From: an uncultured Gemmatimonadales bacterium
GTDB taxonomy: Bacteria > Gemmatimonadota > Gemmatimonadetes > Gemmatimonadales > GWC2-71-9
Direction: 5' to 3'
NCBI GenBank assembly: GCA_963730185.1
Contig: CAVSQW010000012.1
Span: 224,001 to 288,000 of the forward strand
Length of the DNA stretch: 64,000 nt
Made by a program: the position numbers and the translations under genes
The notes under the pieces: generated by a model
Seen by the model: only the letters and a program-made list of their open reading frames with translations
Databases searched by the model: none
Told to the model about the DNA's origin: nothing
Shown: one piece after another, positions 35,190-46,098 of the stretch
Position numbering within the stretch: position 1 is the stretch's first letter
How the letters are laid out: each line of letters starts with the position of its first letter

Positions 35190-38100
35190 GTCCCGGGCTC
35201 GATCGGGGCGAGCTTCCGGCCGGTCACGGCCCGGTTGAACGCGGCCAGGTCGCCTCGCTCGATCGCCTGGAGGGCCGAGAGATGCTGGTGCAGCTCCTCG
35301 GTGAGCTCCCGGTAGATCACATAGGCTGCGTCGGTCGGCTTGGCGTCGCCGGTCTCGACGCTCCGGCGGAGCGAGGCGATCCGGTTGTTGAGCTTGATCG
35401 GGAAGTTGAGCGGATCCTGACCGCTCCGGTTCCTCACCTGGTAGAGCGCCTCCTCGATGGCCGAGAGCTTGTCCTCGAGCGCGTGCCCCGGCCGCTCGAG
35501 GGCGCTCGCCTTGGCGATCCGGTCGTCGATCTGGTCCTTGATCCGCCGGATCCGGATCACGGCGCCGTTGGCGTCGTTCTCCCGATCGCGAATGTCGGAC
35601 GCCAGTTTGAACTGGAGCTGGAGGTCGGCGTCGGTGGCCTGCTTGAGACGGGGGTCGCGGATCAGGTCGAAGCTCCGGGTCGCGGTGGCGCCGTTGGCGG
35701 TGATCCTGACCTGATAACGGCCCGGCGGTGCCTTGGGGCCCGCCTGGGGCCGGGCGCTCCAGATGATCATGCAGGGGAAGTCGATCGCTCCCTGGTAACG
35801 GAGATCCCAGACGAACCGGTCGAGCCCCTTCTTGGAGCCCGGGTTGGGCTCCGGCCGCCTCCGCATGTCGCAGCCCAGCCGGGCCATCTCGACCGAATCG
35901 GCCCGGATCGCCGCGGTGTCGGGCTTCGGGGTGCCGAGGAAGGAGCGGATCACGGTGCCCCCGGCGTCGAGGATCTCGACCCGGACCGAGTCGGCCGGCC
36001 GGTCCAGGAAGTAGTCGAACGATGCCGGGTAGACCCCGCGCACCGCCGTCCGCGGCGTGAATACGGTGAGCGCGCCGGTCGGCGGCCCCGCCGCGAGCTC
36101 CCGGATGTAGCCGATGTCCTCCAGCAGGTACATCGACCGGCCGTGGGTCGCGATCACCAGGTCGTTGTCCTCCACCACCAGGTCCGGCACTTGGACGTCT
36201 GGCAGGTTGAGCGAGAGCGACTGCCAGTGGGCGCCGTCGTCCCAGGAGACGTAGATCCCGTGCTCGGTGCCGGCGTAGAGCAGCCCGGCCTGCTTGGGAT
36301 CCTCGCGGACGGCGTGGACGTAGTCGTCGGAGCGGATCCCGGTCACGATCTTGGTCCAGGTCTTTCCGAAATCGGTCGTCTTGTAGACGTAGGGCGCCCG
36401 GTCGTCCAGCTGGTAGCGTTTGGCCGCCAGGTAGGCGGTGCCCGGGGCGTGGTGCGACGCCTCGATCAGGCTCAGCCGGCTGAAGGGCGGCAGGTCTTTC
36501 GGGGTGATGTCGGTCCAGGTCTTGCCGCCGTCCCGGGTCAGGTAGACCATCCCATCGTCCGACCCGGTCCAGATGGTGTTCACGTCCTGGAACGACGGCG
36601 CCACGGTGAAGATGGTGCCGTAGATCTCGGGCCCGTTCATGTCGTGCGTGATCGGCCCGCCGGAGAGCCCCAGGGTCTTGGGGTCGCCGCGGGTCAGGTC
36701 GGGGCTGATCCGCTCCCAGGTCTGGCCCTGGTTGGTGCTCTTGAACAGGTGCTGGGAGCTGGTGTAGAGGATCGTCGGGTCCGACCGGCGAGAACACGAT
36801 CGGGAAGGTCCACTGCCAGCGCTCGGGCAGCGCGTCGGCCGGCTCGCCCGAGAAGAACCGCGGGCGACACCTGCACGTCGCGGACCTCGCCGTTGCTCCG
36901 GTCGTAGCGGGTGATCAGGGCGCCCTGGCTCCCAGCGTAGAACACGTTCGGGTCCTTCGGGTCGGGGGCGATGTAGCCGCTCTCGCCGCCGCCCACGTCG
37001 TAGAAGTAGTCGCCCGGATCGTCAAAGGTGTCGGTGAGGTTGTCCCACCCGCTCGAGCACCACGCAGAAGGTGCTGTTGTCCTGCTGCGCCCCGCAGACG
37101 TGGTAGGGGAAGTCCTTGGTGGTGGCGACCCGGTAGGACTGGGCGGTCGGGATAGTGCAGACTGGTCCAGCTATGACCGCCGTCGGTCGTGACCGTCCCG
37201 CCGCCGTCGTTGGCGCTGATGAACCGGTCGTTGTCGGCCGGGTCGATCCAGAGATCGTGGAAGTCGCCGTGGGGGGCCGGGACCCGCTCGAAGGTGTAGC
37301 CGCCGTCGTCGGAGCGGTGGAAGTTCACGTTGAGAACGTAGACCCGATCCTTGAGCTTGGGATCGGCATAGAGCCGGCTGTAGTAGAAGGCCCGCTGGCG
37401 GAGCTTCCGCTCGGCGTTGACCCGCTTCCAGGTGGCGCCGCCGTCGTCGGAGCGGAAGAGCCCGCCGTCGTCGTTCTCGACCATGGCCCAGACCCGGCCC
37501 GGCGCCGCAGGCGAGGCCGTGACGCCGATCTTGCCGATCACGCCTTGGGGCAGCCCGGGGTTCCGGGTCAGCTCGGTCCAGGTGTCGCCGCCGTCGGTCG
37601 ACTTGAAGAGGCCGCTCCCGGCCCCGCCGCTCGACATCGACCAGGGCGTCCGATAGGCCTGCCAGAGCGCGGCATAGAGCACGTTCGGGTTCCGGGGGTC
37701 GATCACCAGATCGACCGCGCCGGTCGAGTCGTTCCGGAAGAGCACCCGCCCCCAGGTCTTGCCGCCGTTGGTCGAGCGATAGATTCCCCGCTCCGGGCTC
37801 GGCGCGAACGGCTTCCCGAAGGCGGCGACGTAGACCAGATCGGGATTGGCGTGGTCGACCCGGATCCGGGAGATAGCCTGCACCCCGGTCAGCCCCACGT
37901 GCTTCCAGGTCTTGCCGGCGTCCGTGCTCCGGTAGACCCCGTCGCCCTGCATGACGTTGCCCCGGAACTCGGTCTCGCCCATCCCGATGTAGACCACGTT
38001 GGGATCGGCGTCGGCGACCGCGACCGCGCCGACCGACGAGCTTCGGATCTGGCCGTCGGTCATCGGGTGCCAGGAGACCCCGCCGTCGACGGTCTTCCAG

Positions 38101-38306
38101 AGCCCGCCGCCGACCGCGCCAAAGTAGTAGACCAGCGGCTGGCCCGGCACGCCGGTGGCGGCGGTGGACCGGCCGCCCCGGTTGGGGCCGATGTTGCGCC
38201 AGGCCTTGCCCTGGAAATAGGTGGAATCGAACGTCGGGCTCTGGGCGGCGGCCGCGGGCGCGGCCAGCGCGAGCACCAGCGAACCGAGCGTAAGCTGCCT
38301 CACCAT
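35186..38306 (-). CDS. VPS10/sortilin-like BNR-repeat glycosyl hydrolase, interrupted by about 4 frameshifts (36780-37150)
   Basis: WRNIGPNRGGR, repeated SxDGGxTW, GAQQDNST, ATHGRS; frames join by removing single extra bases near 37150, 37058, 36864 and 36781. Confidence 0.85.
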
Positions 38307-38627
38307 GGGAGGACCTCGGGTTCGAGCGATGGTTTTCGGAATGTGGAGCGTTGGTAAGGTACCGCGCCGCGGCGGCAAGCGTCCAGTTGAGCCGGGCGGG
38401 GACGGCGTATCGGGATTGGACGTGGACGCTGGCTTCGAGCGACGGCCCCGATGGTTGCTGGACAGGGACCGTGAAGAGGTCCGGAAACGGTGGGGCAACG
38501 CTGAGGGCGTGGTCGAGCAGCACGGCCTCCTGGCTGCAGAGTGCGTTCCAGGGCGCCGGGCCAGCGGGGACGCCGCCGACGGCCTCTGGCGCGCCCCCCC
38601 GGAGCGACGCGATTAGCTTTCACGCCG

Positions 38628-39281
38628 ATGCCCACGCCGGCCCCGCACTCCAATCGTTTGCCCGACCTCGCCGACATCCTGGCCTTCGCCGGCACGGTCG
38701 TCGCCTCGATCGTGCTCAACTGGCGGACCCGCGAGCTGGTCTGGGGGCTCTGGCTCTCCAGTGTCGTGATCGGCTACGCCCTGATCCTCTACGGCATCCC
38801 GATGGAGGTTCGGGTCAAGGCCGCGCTGCCCCACGATCCGGCGGTCCCGGGATGGGTCCGCGCCGGCGGGCTGGTGCTGTCGGGGTTCGGCGCCCTGTTC
38901 CTGATCGCCTTCTTCACCGTGCACTTCGGCGGCTTCCACCTGGTACACGGCGTCTTTCTGAATGCGTTCTTTCCAATCGGCCCCAAGGAGGGCGACGGAA
39001 GCGGCTTCGGCTACCTCCGCTACCTCCCGCGGACGATGGCCTTCTCGTGGCCGCTGGTGCTTGGCAGCGTGATCTCGTCGCGCGACAAGTTCGTCGAGGC
39101 CACCACCGGGCACTTCAATCCGATGAGCGTCTACGGCAACGTGATCCGGATGCACTTGCTGATCTTCGTCTTCGCCTTCACGTCGGCCTTGAAGCTCGAC
39201 CAGCGGTGGCTCTACGTGGTGGTGCTGTTCTTCTACTTCTTCCCGCTTCGTTCGCTCAAGGACCTCTTGACCCGACGCTGA
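38628..39281 (+). CDS. DUF6498-like membrane protein
   Basis: FFTVHFGGFHLVHGVFL, YGNVIRMHLLIF. Confidence 0.7.
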   Translation: MPTPAPHSNRLPDLADILAFAGTVVASIVLNWRTRELVWGLWLSSVVIGYALILYGIPMEVRVKAALPHDPAVPGWVRAGGLVLSGFGALFLIAFFTVHFGGFHLVHGVFLNAFFPIGPKEGDGSGFGYLRYLPRTMAFSWPLVLGSVISSRDKFVEATTGHFNPMSVYGNVIRMHLLIFVFAFTSALKLDQRWLYVVVLFFYFFPLRSLKDLLTRR

Positions 39282-39306
39282 GCGGACCCGACCTTCCCGA
39301 GACCCG

Positions 39307-40256
39307 ATGACACTCTTCCAACCCCGCCGGATCCTGATGGTGGGCGACCACGTCGCCGGCCTGTCCGACTTCGTGCGCGCCAGCCGCCCCAAGCTCGAGA
39401 TCCGGGTCCGCCCGCTCCGCGAGATCGGCGCCGACGACCTGGCCTGGGCCGACACCTACGTCGGCTTCCGGCCCCCGCCGGCCGCCGACTGGGGCCGGGT
39501 CCGCTGGATCCACTCGATCGGCGCCGGCGTCGACGCGCTGCTGGCGGGCCCGCCGATCCCGGCCGGCGTGGTCCTGACCCGGAGCTCGGAGGATTTCGGC
39601 CCCGCCATCGGCGAGTGGTGCGTCTGCCGCGCCCTGGCGGTGAACCAGCGGCTCTTCGAGCTGGAGCAGGCCCAGGCCGAGCGGCGGTGGGGACTCCGCG
39701 GCACGACCGACCCGACGATGCTCCGGGGCCAGCGGGTGGTCGTGCTCGGCACCGGCCTGGTGGGCCGGGGCATCGCGCGGGCGTTCCGGGCGCTGGGCTG
39801 CCGGGTGGACGGGCTCTCCCGGGGCGGCGCCCCGGTCGAGCCGTTCGAGTCGGCTCGCCGGCCGGCGCGTTCGAGCAGGTGATGCGAGGCGCCGACTGGC
39901 TGGTGCTGGCCGCGCCGCTCACCGCCGAGACCCGGCAGTTCCTGAGCCGCGAGCGCTTGGCCCAATGCGGCGGCGCGTACCTGATGAACGTGGGCCGGGG
40001 CGCCGTGCTCGAGGAAGCGGCGCTCCCCGGGGCACTGGAACAGGGTTGGATTCGGGGTGCGGCGCTCGACGTGTTCGCCACCGAGCCGCTGCCCGCCGAC
40101 TCGCCGCTCTGGAACCACCCCAAGGTGATCGTGGCCCCGCACAACTCGGGGCCGAGCACGGTGGCGGCCACCGGCGACGGCTTTCTCGAGTGCCTCGCCG
40201 CCCTCGAGCGGGGGGAGTCGCCCCGCTGGGTCGTCGACCCCCGCGCCGGATACTGA
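39307..40256 (+). CDS. D-2-hydroxyacid dehydrogenase (GhrA-like), frameshift near 39858
   Basis: GAGVD, GTGLVG in frame 1; PLTAETR, NVGRG, LDVFATEPLP, PHNSG in frame 2. Confidence 0.85.
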
Positions 40257-40283
40257 CCTTCCCTCCTTCACCGGAGATCCGCG

Positions 40284-42737
40284 ATGTCCCGCTGGCCGCG
40301 CCGCCTCGTCCCGTGTCCTCCTGGCCCTGGCCGCGCTCGCCCCGAGCGCCCAGGCCCAGTGGACGCACCGATACCCCAAGCTCGCGGGGATGAGCCACCA
40401 CGTCTATCTCGAGGGCTACGAGCTCCCGCTCCTCACCGTCGGCCCGATCGACCCCGCCGCCTCGCCCGACGGCCACCGCCTGGCGATCGCGTCGCGGGGG
40501 TGGATCTGGGTGCTCGACCCCAAGACCGGCGAAGCGACCCAGGTGACCGACGGCGCCGGGATCGACTCGCGGCCGGCCTGGTCGCCCGACGGCAAGCGGC
40601 TCGCGTTCGTCCGCGACGACACCCACCGGACCACGATCGTCACCCGCGACCTGGCCACCGGCGCCGAGAAGGTCGTGGTCGACGAAGACGCGATCGCCAT
40701 GGACCCGGCGTTCTCGGCCGACGGACAGAGCCTCTTCTACACCTCGTCGGTGGCGGGCGACTTCGACCTCTGGCGGGTCGACCTCGGGTCGGGCCAGAAG
40801 ACCCGGCTCACCACCGCGGCCGGCCTCGAGATGCAGCCGGTCCCGGTGCCCGGGCACGACGAGGTGGCCTTCGTGTCCAAGCGCGGCACCGTGAACGAGG
40901 TGCGAGTCCGGAACCTCACCAGCGGCGCGGAGCGGGTGCTCGCCTCGGGGCCATTGATCACGATGCTCCGGATCGCGGTGGCGCCCGACGGCCGGACCTT
41001 GGCCTACACCTGGCCCGCGAGCGACAACGACGGCTGGGACCTCCGGCTGGTGGCGATCGACGCGCCGATCTCGACCGTGATGCTCACCGGCGGGCACGGT
41101 CAGCCGCTCACCCCCGCCTGGAGCGCCGACGGCCGGAGCGTCTACTACTCGGAAGCGGACGGCCAGGAGCGGATGGTCCTCCACCGGGCCGCCGCGATCG
41201 GGGGCACGATGGAGACGGTCTCCGTGCTTCACTGGACTTGGAACCGGCCCATGGGCACGGTCCGGATCGTGACCCGGATGGCCGGTCATGACGGTATCGC
41301 CCCCGCCCGCCTCGGTGTCGTCGACGGCAACGGCCACCCGCTGGTGGCCGACCAGGGCCAGCCGAGGTTCGACGGGCAGAACGGCGTCGTGTTCTTCTAC
41401 TCGCCGGGTCAGGTCGAGATCACCGCCCCCGCCGGCGAGGTCCGGATCCAGGCGGTCCAGGGCCTCGCGACCCCCTCGAGCGCGCCTCGGCCAGCGTGCA
41501 GGGCGGCGCCACCAGCGAAGCGGAGCTCACCTTCCACCCGGTCTGGCGGCCCCAGGAGGACGGCTGGCTGGCCGGCGAGCACCACTTCCACCTGAACTAC
41601 GGCGGACCCTACCAGCTCACCCCCGACGACTTGGAGCCCATGGCCCGCGGCGAGGACATGGACGTCCTGACGCCTCTGCTCGCCAACCTCCACACCCGCT
41701 TCGAGGGCCAACCCTTCCGGCAGTGGCACCAGCTCGACCGCCTGCCGTATCTCGCGTTCGGCCAGGAGGTCCGGTCGCACTTCCTCGGTCACATCGGCCT
41801 GGTGGGCGCGGGCGAGCTCTTCTGGCCCTGGATCTGGGGGCCGGGTTACCAGGTCTACGGGCGGGACGACCGCCCCAACGCCGAGGTGCTGGCCTTCTCC
41901 AAGCGGGAGGGCGGCTACAGCTCCTACGTCCACCCGATCACCAACCAGACCCCGTTCGCCCCGGACCACCTGGCGAGCATCCCAGTAGAGCTGGTGGCCG
42001 ACGGCGCCCTCGGCCTCTTCGACGCGCTGGAAGTCGCCTGCCTCTGGAGCGACGAGATCGGCTCGATGGAGATGTGGTACCGGCTCCTGAACATCGGGAA
42101 CCCGGTTGCCCTCTCGGCTGGGACCGACGTGATGAACAACTTCTACCGGACCATGGCCGTCGGGGTCACCCGTCTTTACGTCCGGACCGATTCCACCCGC
42201 GGCTTCCCCGGCTACCTCCAGGCGCTCGAGGCCGGGAGGAGCTTCGTCACCAACGGGCCGCTGCTCGACTTCCGCCTCGACGGTCTCCAGCCCGGTGACG
42301 TCGCCGCCAAGGGCAAGCGCTCGGTGTCGTGGACGCTCGACCTCCACACGGCGGTGCCGGTCGACTCGGTCGAGATCATCGTGAACGGCACGTCGGTCGG
42401 GCGGTTCGACGGGCTCCCGGCGCCGGGCTCCCGGCACTACGAGGGCAAGGTGCGGCTCCCGGCCGGCGGCTGGGTGGCCGCCCGGGCGATCGGCCCGGAC
42501 ACCGCGATCTGGCCGGCGATGGACAGCTACGCCTTTGCCCACACCTCGCCGATCTGGATCGGGGAGCGCGGGAGCGTTGATCCTGCTGCCCGCCGCGCCG
42601 CGGCGGCCGATCTGCTCCGGGCGCTCGACGCCGCCACCACCCGTCTCCATCAGGGCTACGGCGACGCCGCGATCCCGCGCCTCGAGGCGCAGTTCGCCAA
42701 GGCGAAGGAACGCCTCACGGCACTGGCGAAGGAGTAG
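40284..42737 (+). CDS. CehA/McbA-family PHP metallohydrolase with N-terminal PD40 propeller; frameshifts near 40316 and 41480
   Basis: Signal peptide, PD40 repeats (SPDG), GEHHFHLNYGG, GQEVRSHFLGH, YVHP, GTD, FVTNGP, AHTSPIW. Confidence 0.8.
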
Positions 42738-42744
42738 CCTCAGG

Positions 42745-43662
42745 GTGACGCTCGACCCCGAGGTCGCCTACGGGAAGGACGTGATCGAGCGATCGTCCCG
42801 GACCTTCTCCCGCGCGGCCGCGCTCTTCGGGGCCCGAGCCCGCGAGGGGGCCTACCTGCTCTATGGGTGGGCTCGCTATTGCGACGACCGGATCGACGAC
42901 CAGGTGATGGGCCGCGGGGCGCGCGACGCCGAGCGGACCCTCGAGAGCCGGCGGGCCACGCTGACCGAGCTCCGCACCCTCACCGGCCAGGCCCTGGCCG
43001 GCCGGCCCACCGACCACCCGGCCTACCGGTGCATCGCCCGCGCGGTGCGGGACTTCGGGGTGCCGGAGCGGCATCCGTTCGAGCTGCTAATGGGGATGGA
43101 GATGGACGTCGAGCGCCGCCGCTATCCCACCTTCGACGACCTGGCCGGTTACTGCTACCACGTGGCCGGGGCGCTCGCCGTGATGATGGCCCATGTTCTG
43201 GGACACTGCGACCAGGCGACCCTCGCCATGGCGTCCGACGTCGGCTCCGCGTTCCAGATGACCAACACCGCCCGCGACGTGCTCGACGATGCGTCCGACG
43301 GCCGCGTCTATCTGCCGCTCGACTGGCTGGCCGAGGTCGGGGTGCCACCCGACGAGGTCGCGCGGCCCGAGCATCGAGCCGGAGTGACGACGGTGGTCCA
43401 CCGGATCCTCGATCGTGCCGAGGAGCATTATCGGAGCGCCGACCGGGGGATCGGCCCGCTGCCCCTCCGCGAAGCGTGGGCGATCGCGTCGGCCCGGGCG
43501 ATCTACTCCGACATCGGCACGGTCATCCGGCGGCGAGGAACCGCCGCCTGGGACCGGCGGGCCTTCGTGTCCGACCGGCGGAAGACGTACTGGGTCGCCC
43601 GCGCCCTGCTCCGCGCCCTCGCTCGCCGCCCTCGGCTCGCCGCGAGCGACGATCCTCGCTAG
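42745..43662 (+). CDS. crtB: Phytoene/squalene synthase family protein
   Basis: YGWARYCDDRIDDQ, YCYHVAG, FQMTNTARDVLDD, GRVYLP; GTG start at 42745. Confidence 0.85.
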   Translation: MTLDPEVAYGKDVIERSSRTFSRAAALFGARAREGAYLLYGWARYCDDRIDDQVMGRGARDAERTLESRRATLTELRTLTGQALAGRPTDHPAYRCIARAVRDFGVPERHPFELLMGMEMDVERRRYPTFDDLAGYCYHVAGALAVMMAHVLGHCDQATLAMASDVGSAFQMTNTARDVLDDASDGRVYLPLDWLAEVGVPPDEVARPEHRAGVTTVVHRILDRAEEHYRSADRGIGPLPLREAWAIASARAIYSDIGTVIRRRGTAAWDRRAFVSDRRKTYWVARALLRALARRPRLAASDDPR

Positions 43663-43722
43663 GTTCTCTCCAACCCGATCCGGCCCGCCGGGCCGCCCCG
43701 GGATCCTCAACGGCTCCGACCA

Positions 43723-46062
43723 ATGACCAGACTCGCCACCCGACTCCGCGCCTTCGGCGCGGCCGCCGCCCTCGCCCTGCCGGCGGTCCCCACGACTGTC
43801 GCCGCGCAGGTGGACTACCACCGGGCCGACCTGATCCGCACCGCGCCCAGCCACCTCCTCGGCGCGCCCGACTGGGTCAACCTGTTCGGCTTCGGCGACC
43901 CCAGCTGGCTCCGGGACAGCACCCGCTTCTGGTACCGGGTCGCCACCGACCGCGGGAACGAGTTCGTCCTGGTCGATCCCGTCCGCGCGCTCAGGCGGCC
44001 GCTCTTCGACAACGGCCGGCTGGCGGCCGCGCTGTCGGTGGCCGGCGATACCGCATTCGCGCCCAACAAGCTGCCCTTTCGGACCTTCGAGTTCGTGCGG
44101 GACGAATCGGCGATCGCGTTTCGGGTCGGGAAGGCCCGGTACGAGTGCGTGCTCGCGACCTATCGCTGCGTCAAAGGCGACACGCTGACCACCGCGCCTC
44201 CGAGCTGGGCGGTGATCTCGCCCGACCGGAAGTGGGCGGCCGTGAGCCGGCATCACGACATCTGGATCCGGAGCGTCGACTCGACCGTCCGCGATTCCGT
44301 CCGGCTCACCACCGACGGCGCGGCCGAGTTCAGCTACGGGCTGGCCAGCCCGGAGACGGTAATGCCCGACCCCGACCAGCGCCGGCCCAGCTTGGTCTGG
44401 TCGCCCGATTCCAAACGGATCGCGGTGCTCAGGATCGACGAGCGCGGGGTCCGGAAGCTCCCGGTGTACTCGTCGACCGGGACGGCACCCAAGCTGTTCC
44501 AGTACCCGGTGGCCCTACCGATGGACTCGATCGTGCCGACCTACGAGATCCACGTCCTCGACCTGGCCTCCAAGGCCAACGTGACGATTCAGGGCGCCAA
44601 GCCGGTGGCCAGCGTCTTCGGCTGGAGCGGCGACGACGCGGTGCAGTGGTCGCCCAAGTCGGACCGGGTCTACTTCATCGACCCGAAGCGCGCCAACCAA
44701 GGCGTCCGGTTGCTCTGGGCCGACGCCGCGACCGGCGCGTCGCACCTCGTCCTGGCCGACTCGGAGGCGACTTTCATCGAGAACGCCGACGGAATCATGA
44801 CCGGCAACTGGCGGGTGGTGAACGACCAGGACGTCGTCTGGTGGTCCGAGCGGGACGGCTGGGGACACTTCTACCGCTACGACCTGAACGGCACGCTCCA
44901 GAACCAGATCACCTCGGGCCCCTGGCTGGCCGACCATCTCAAGCACGTCGACCCGACCGCCCGGCAGCTCTACTTCACCGCCCTCGGCCGCGACTCGGCC
45001 AATCCGTACTACGCCCATCTGATGCGGATTGGCCTCGACGGGAGCGGCCTGACCGACCTCACCCCCGAGACGGGACACCACCTGGTCTCGGTGGTCCCGA
45101 CCGGGCGCGCGTTCGTCGACGTGCTGACCCGGCCCGACCTGCCTCCGCTCACCACGCTCCGGTCCACGGTCGACGGGCGGAAGGTGCTCGACCTCGAGCG
45201 GGCCGACGACAAGGAGATGGTGGCCCTCGGCTGGACCCCGCCGATCCCCTTCAAGGTCAAGGCCCGCGACGGGGTGACCGACCTCTACGGCTTCCTGTAC
45301 CTGCCCTCCACGCTCGACACCACCCGGAAGTACCCGGTGGTGAACCACGTGTACCCAGGGCCGCAGGTCGGCACCATCCTCTCCTACGGATTCAACACCA
45401 GCGGCGAGCAGCGGGGCCTGGCCGAGCTGGGCTTCATCGTCGTCCAGGTCAATGCGCTCGGCACCCCGGGGCGGTCCAAGGCGTTCCACGACGCCTACTA
45501 CGGCAACATGGGCGACAACGGCATTCCCGATCAGATCGCGGCGATCAAGCAGCTGGCCGTGCGCTACCGGTTCATGGACCTGGACCGGGTCGGCGTCTAC
45601 GGTCACTCGGGCGGCGGGTTCGCGTCGACCGACGCGATCCTCCGCTACCCGGACTTCTACAAGGTGGCCGTGTCGGGCTCGGGCAACCACGACAACCGGA
45701 CCTACCGGTTCGACTGGGGCGAGAAGTACCAGGGACGCTTCCATCAGGACTCGACCACGGGCAAGGACAACTTCGAGAGCCAGGCCAACTACCTCCTGGC
45801 CGGCAACCTGAAGGGCCACCTGCTTCTGATGCACGGCGACATGGACACCAACGTCCATCCCGCCATGACGCTCCGGTTGGTGGATGCCCTGATCAAGGCG
45901 GGCAAGGACTTCGACATGCTGATCGTGCCGGACGCGCCCCACGGGCTTCCGGTCTACACGATCAAGAAGCGGTGGGACTACTTCGTCCGCTGGCTGATGG
46001 GGGCCGAGCCGCCGCGCGACTACACCATGCTGACCTGCGGCGACCCGGCCTGCCTGTTCTGA
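43723..46062 (+). CDS. S9B dipeptidyl-peptidase IV-like peptidase
   Basis: WSERDGWGH, YPGPQ, GHSGGG, HGDMDTNVH, H in DAPHG. Confidence 0.93.
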   Translation: MTRLATRLRAFGAAAALALPAVPTTVAAQVDYHRADLIRTAPSHLLGAPDWVNLFGFGDPSWLRDSTRFWYRVATDRGNEFVLVDPVRALRRPLFDNGRLAAALSVAGDTAFAPNKLPFRTFEFVRDESAIAFRVGKARYECVLATYRCVKGDTLTTAPPSWAVISPDRKWAAVSRHHDIWIRSVDSTVRDSVRLTTDGAAEFSYGLASPETVMPDPDQRRPSLVWSPDSKRIAVLRIDERGVRKLPVYSSTGTAPKLFQYPVALPMDSIVPTYEIHVLDLASKANVTIQGAKPVASVFGWSGDDAVQWSPKSDRVYFIDPKRANQGVRLLWADAATGASHLVLADSEATFIENADGIMTGNWRVVNDQDVVWWSERDGWGHFYRYDLNGTLQNQITSGPWLADHLKHVDPTARQLYFTALGRDSANPYYAHLMRIGLDGSGLTDLTPETGHHLVSVVPTGRAFVDVLTRPDLPPLTTLRSTVDGRKVLDLERADDKEMVALGWTPPIPFKVKARDGVTDLYGFLYLPSTLDTTRKYPVVNHVYPGPQVGTILSYGFNTSGEQRGLAELGFIVVQVNALGTPGRSKAFHDAYYGNMGDNGIPDQIAAIKQLAVRYRFMDLDRVGVYGHSGGGFASTDAILRYPDFYKVAVSGSGNHDNRTYRFDWGEKYQGRFHQDSTTGKDNFESQANYLLAGNLKGHLLLMHGDMDTNVHPAMTLRLVDALIKAGKDFDMLIVPDAPHGLPVYTIKKRWDYFVRWLMGAEPPRDYTMLTCGDPACLF

Positions 46063-46098
46063 CCGGGGGAAGCGGCGCCGGCTGGTGGCGCGCCTCGG

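Noticed and set aside
33837..36797. 986-aa ORF suggesting a giant MFS fusion
   Set aside because: The first ~535 aa are an off-frame read of the frameshifted VPS10-like gene; the MFS starts at GTG 35189.
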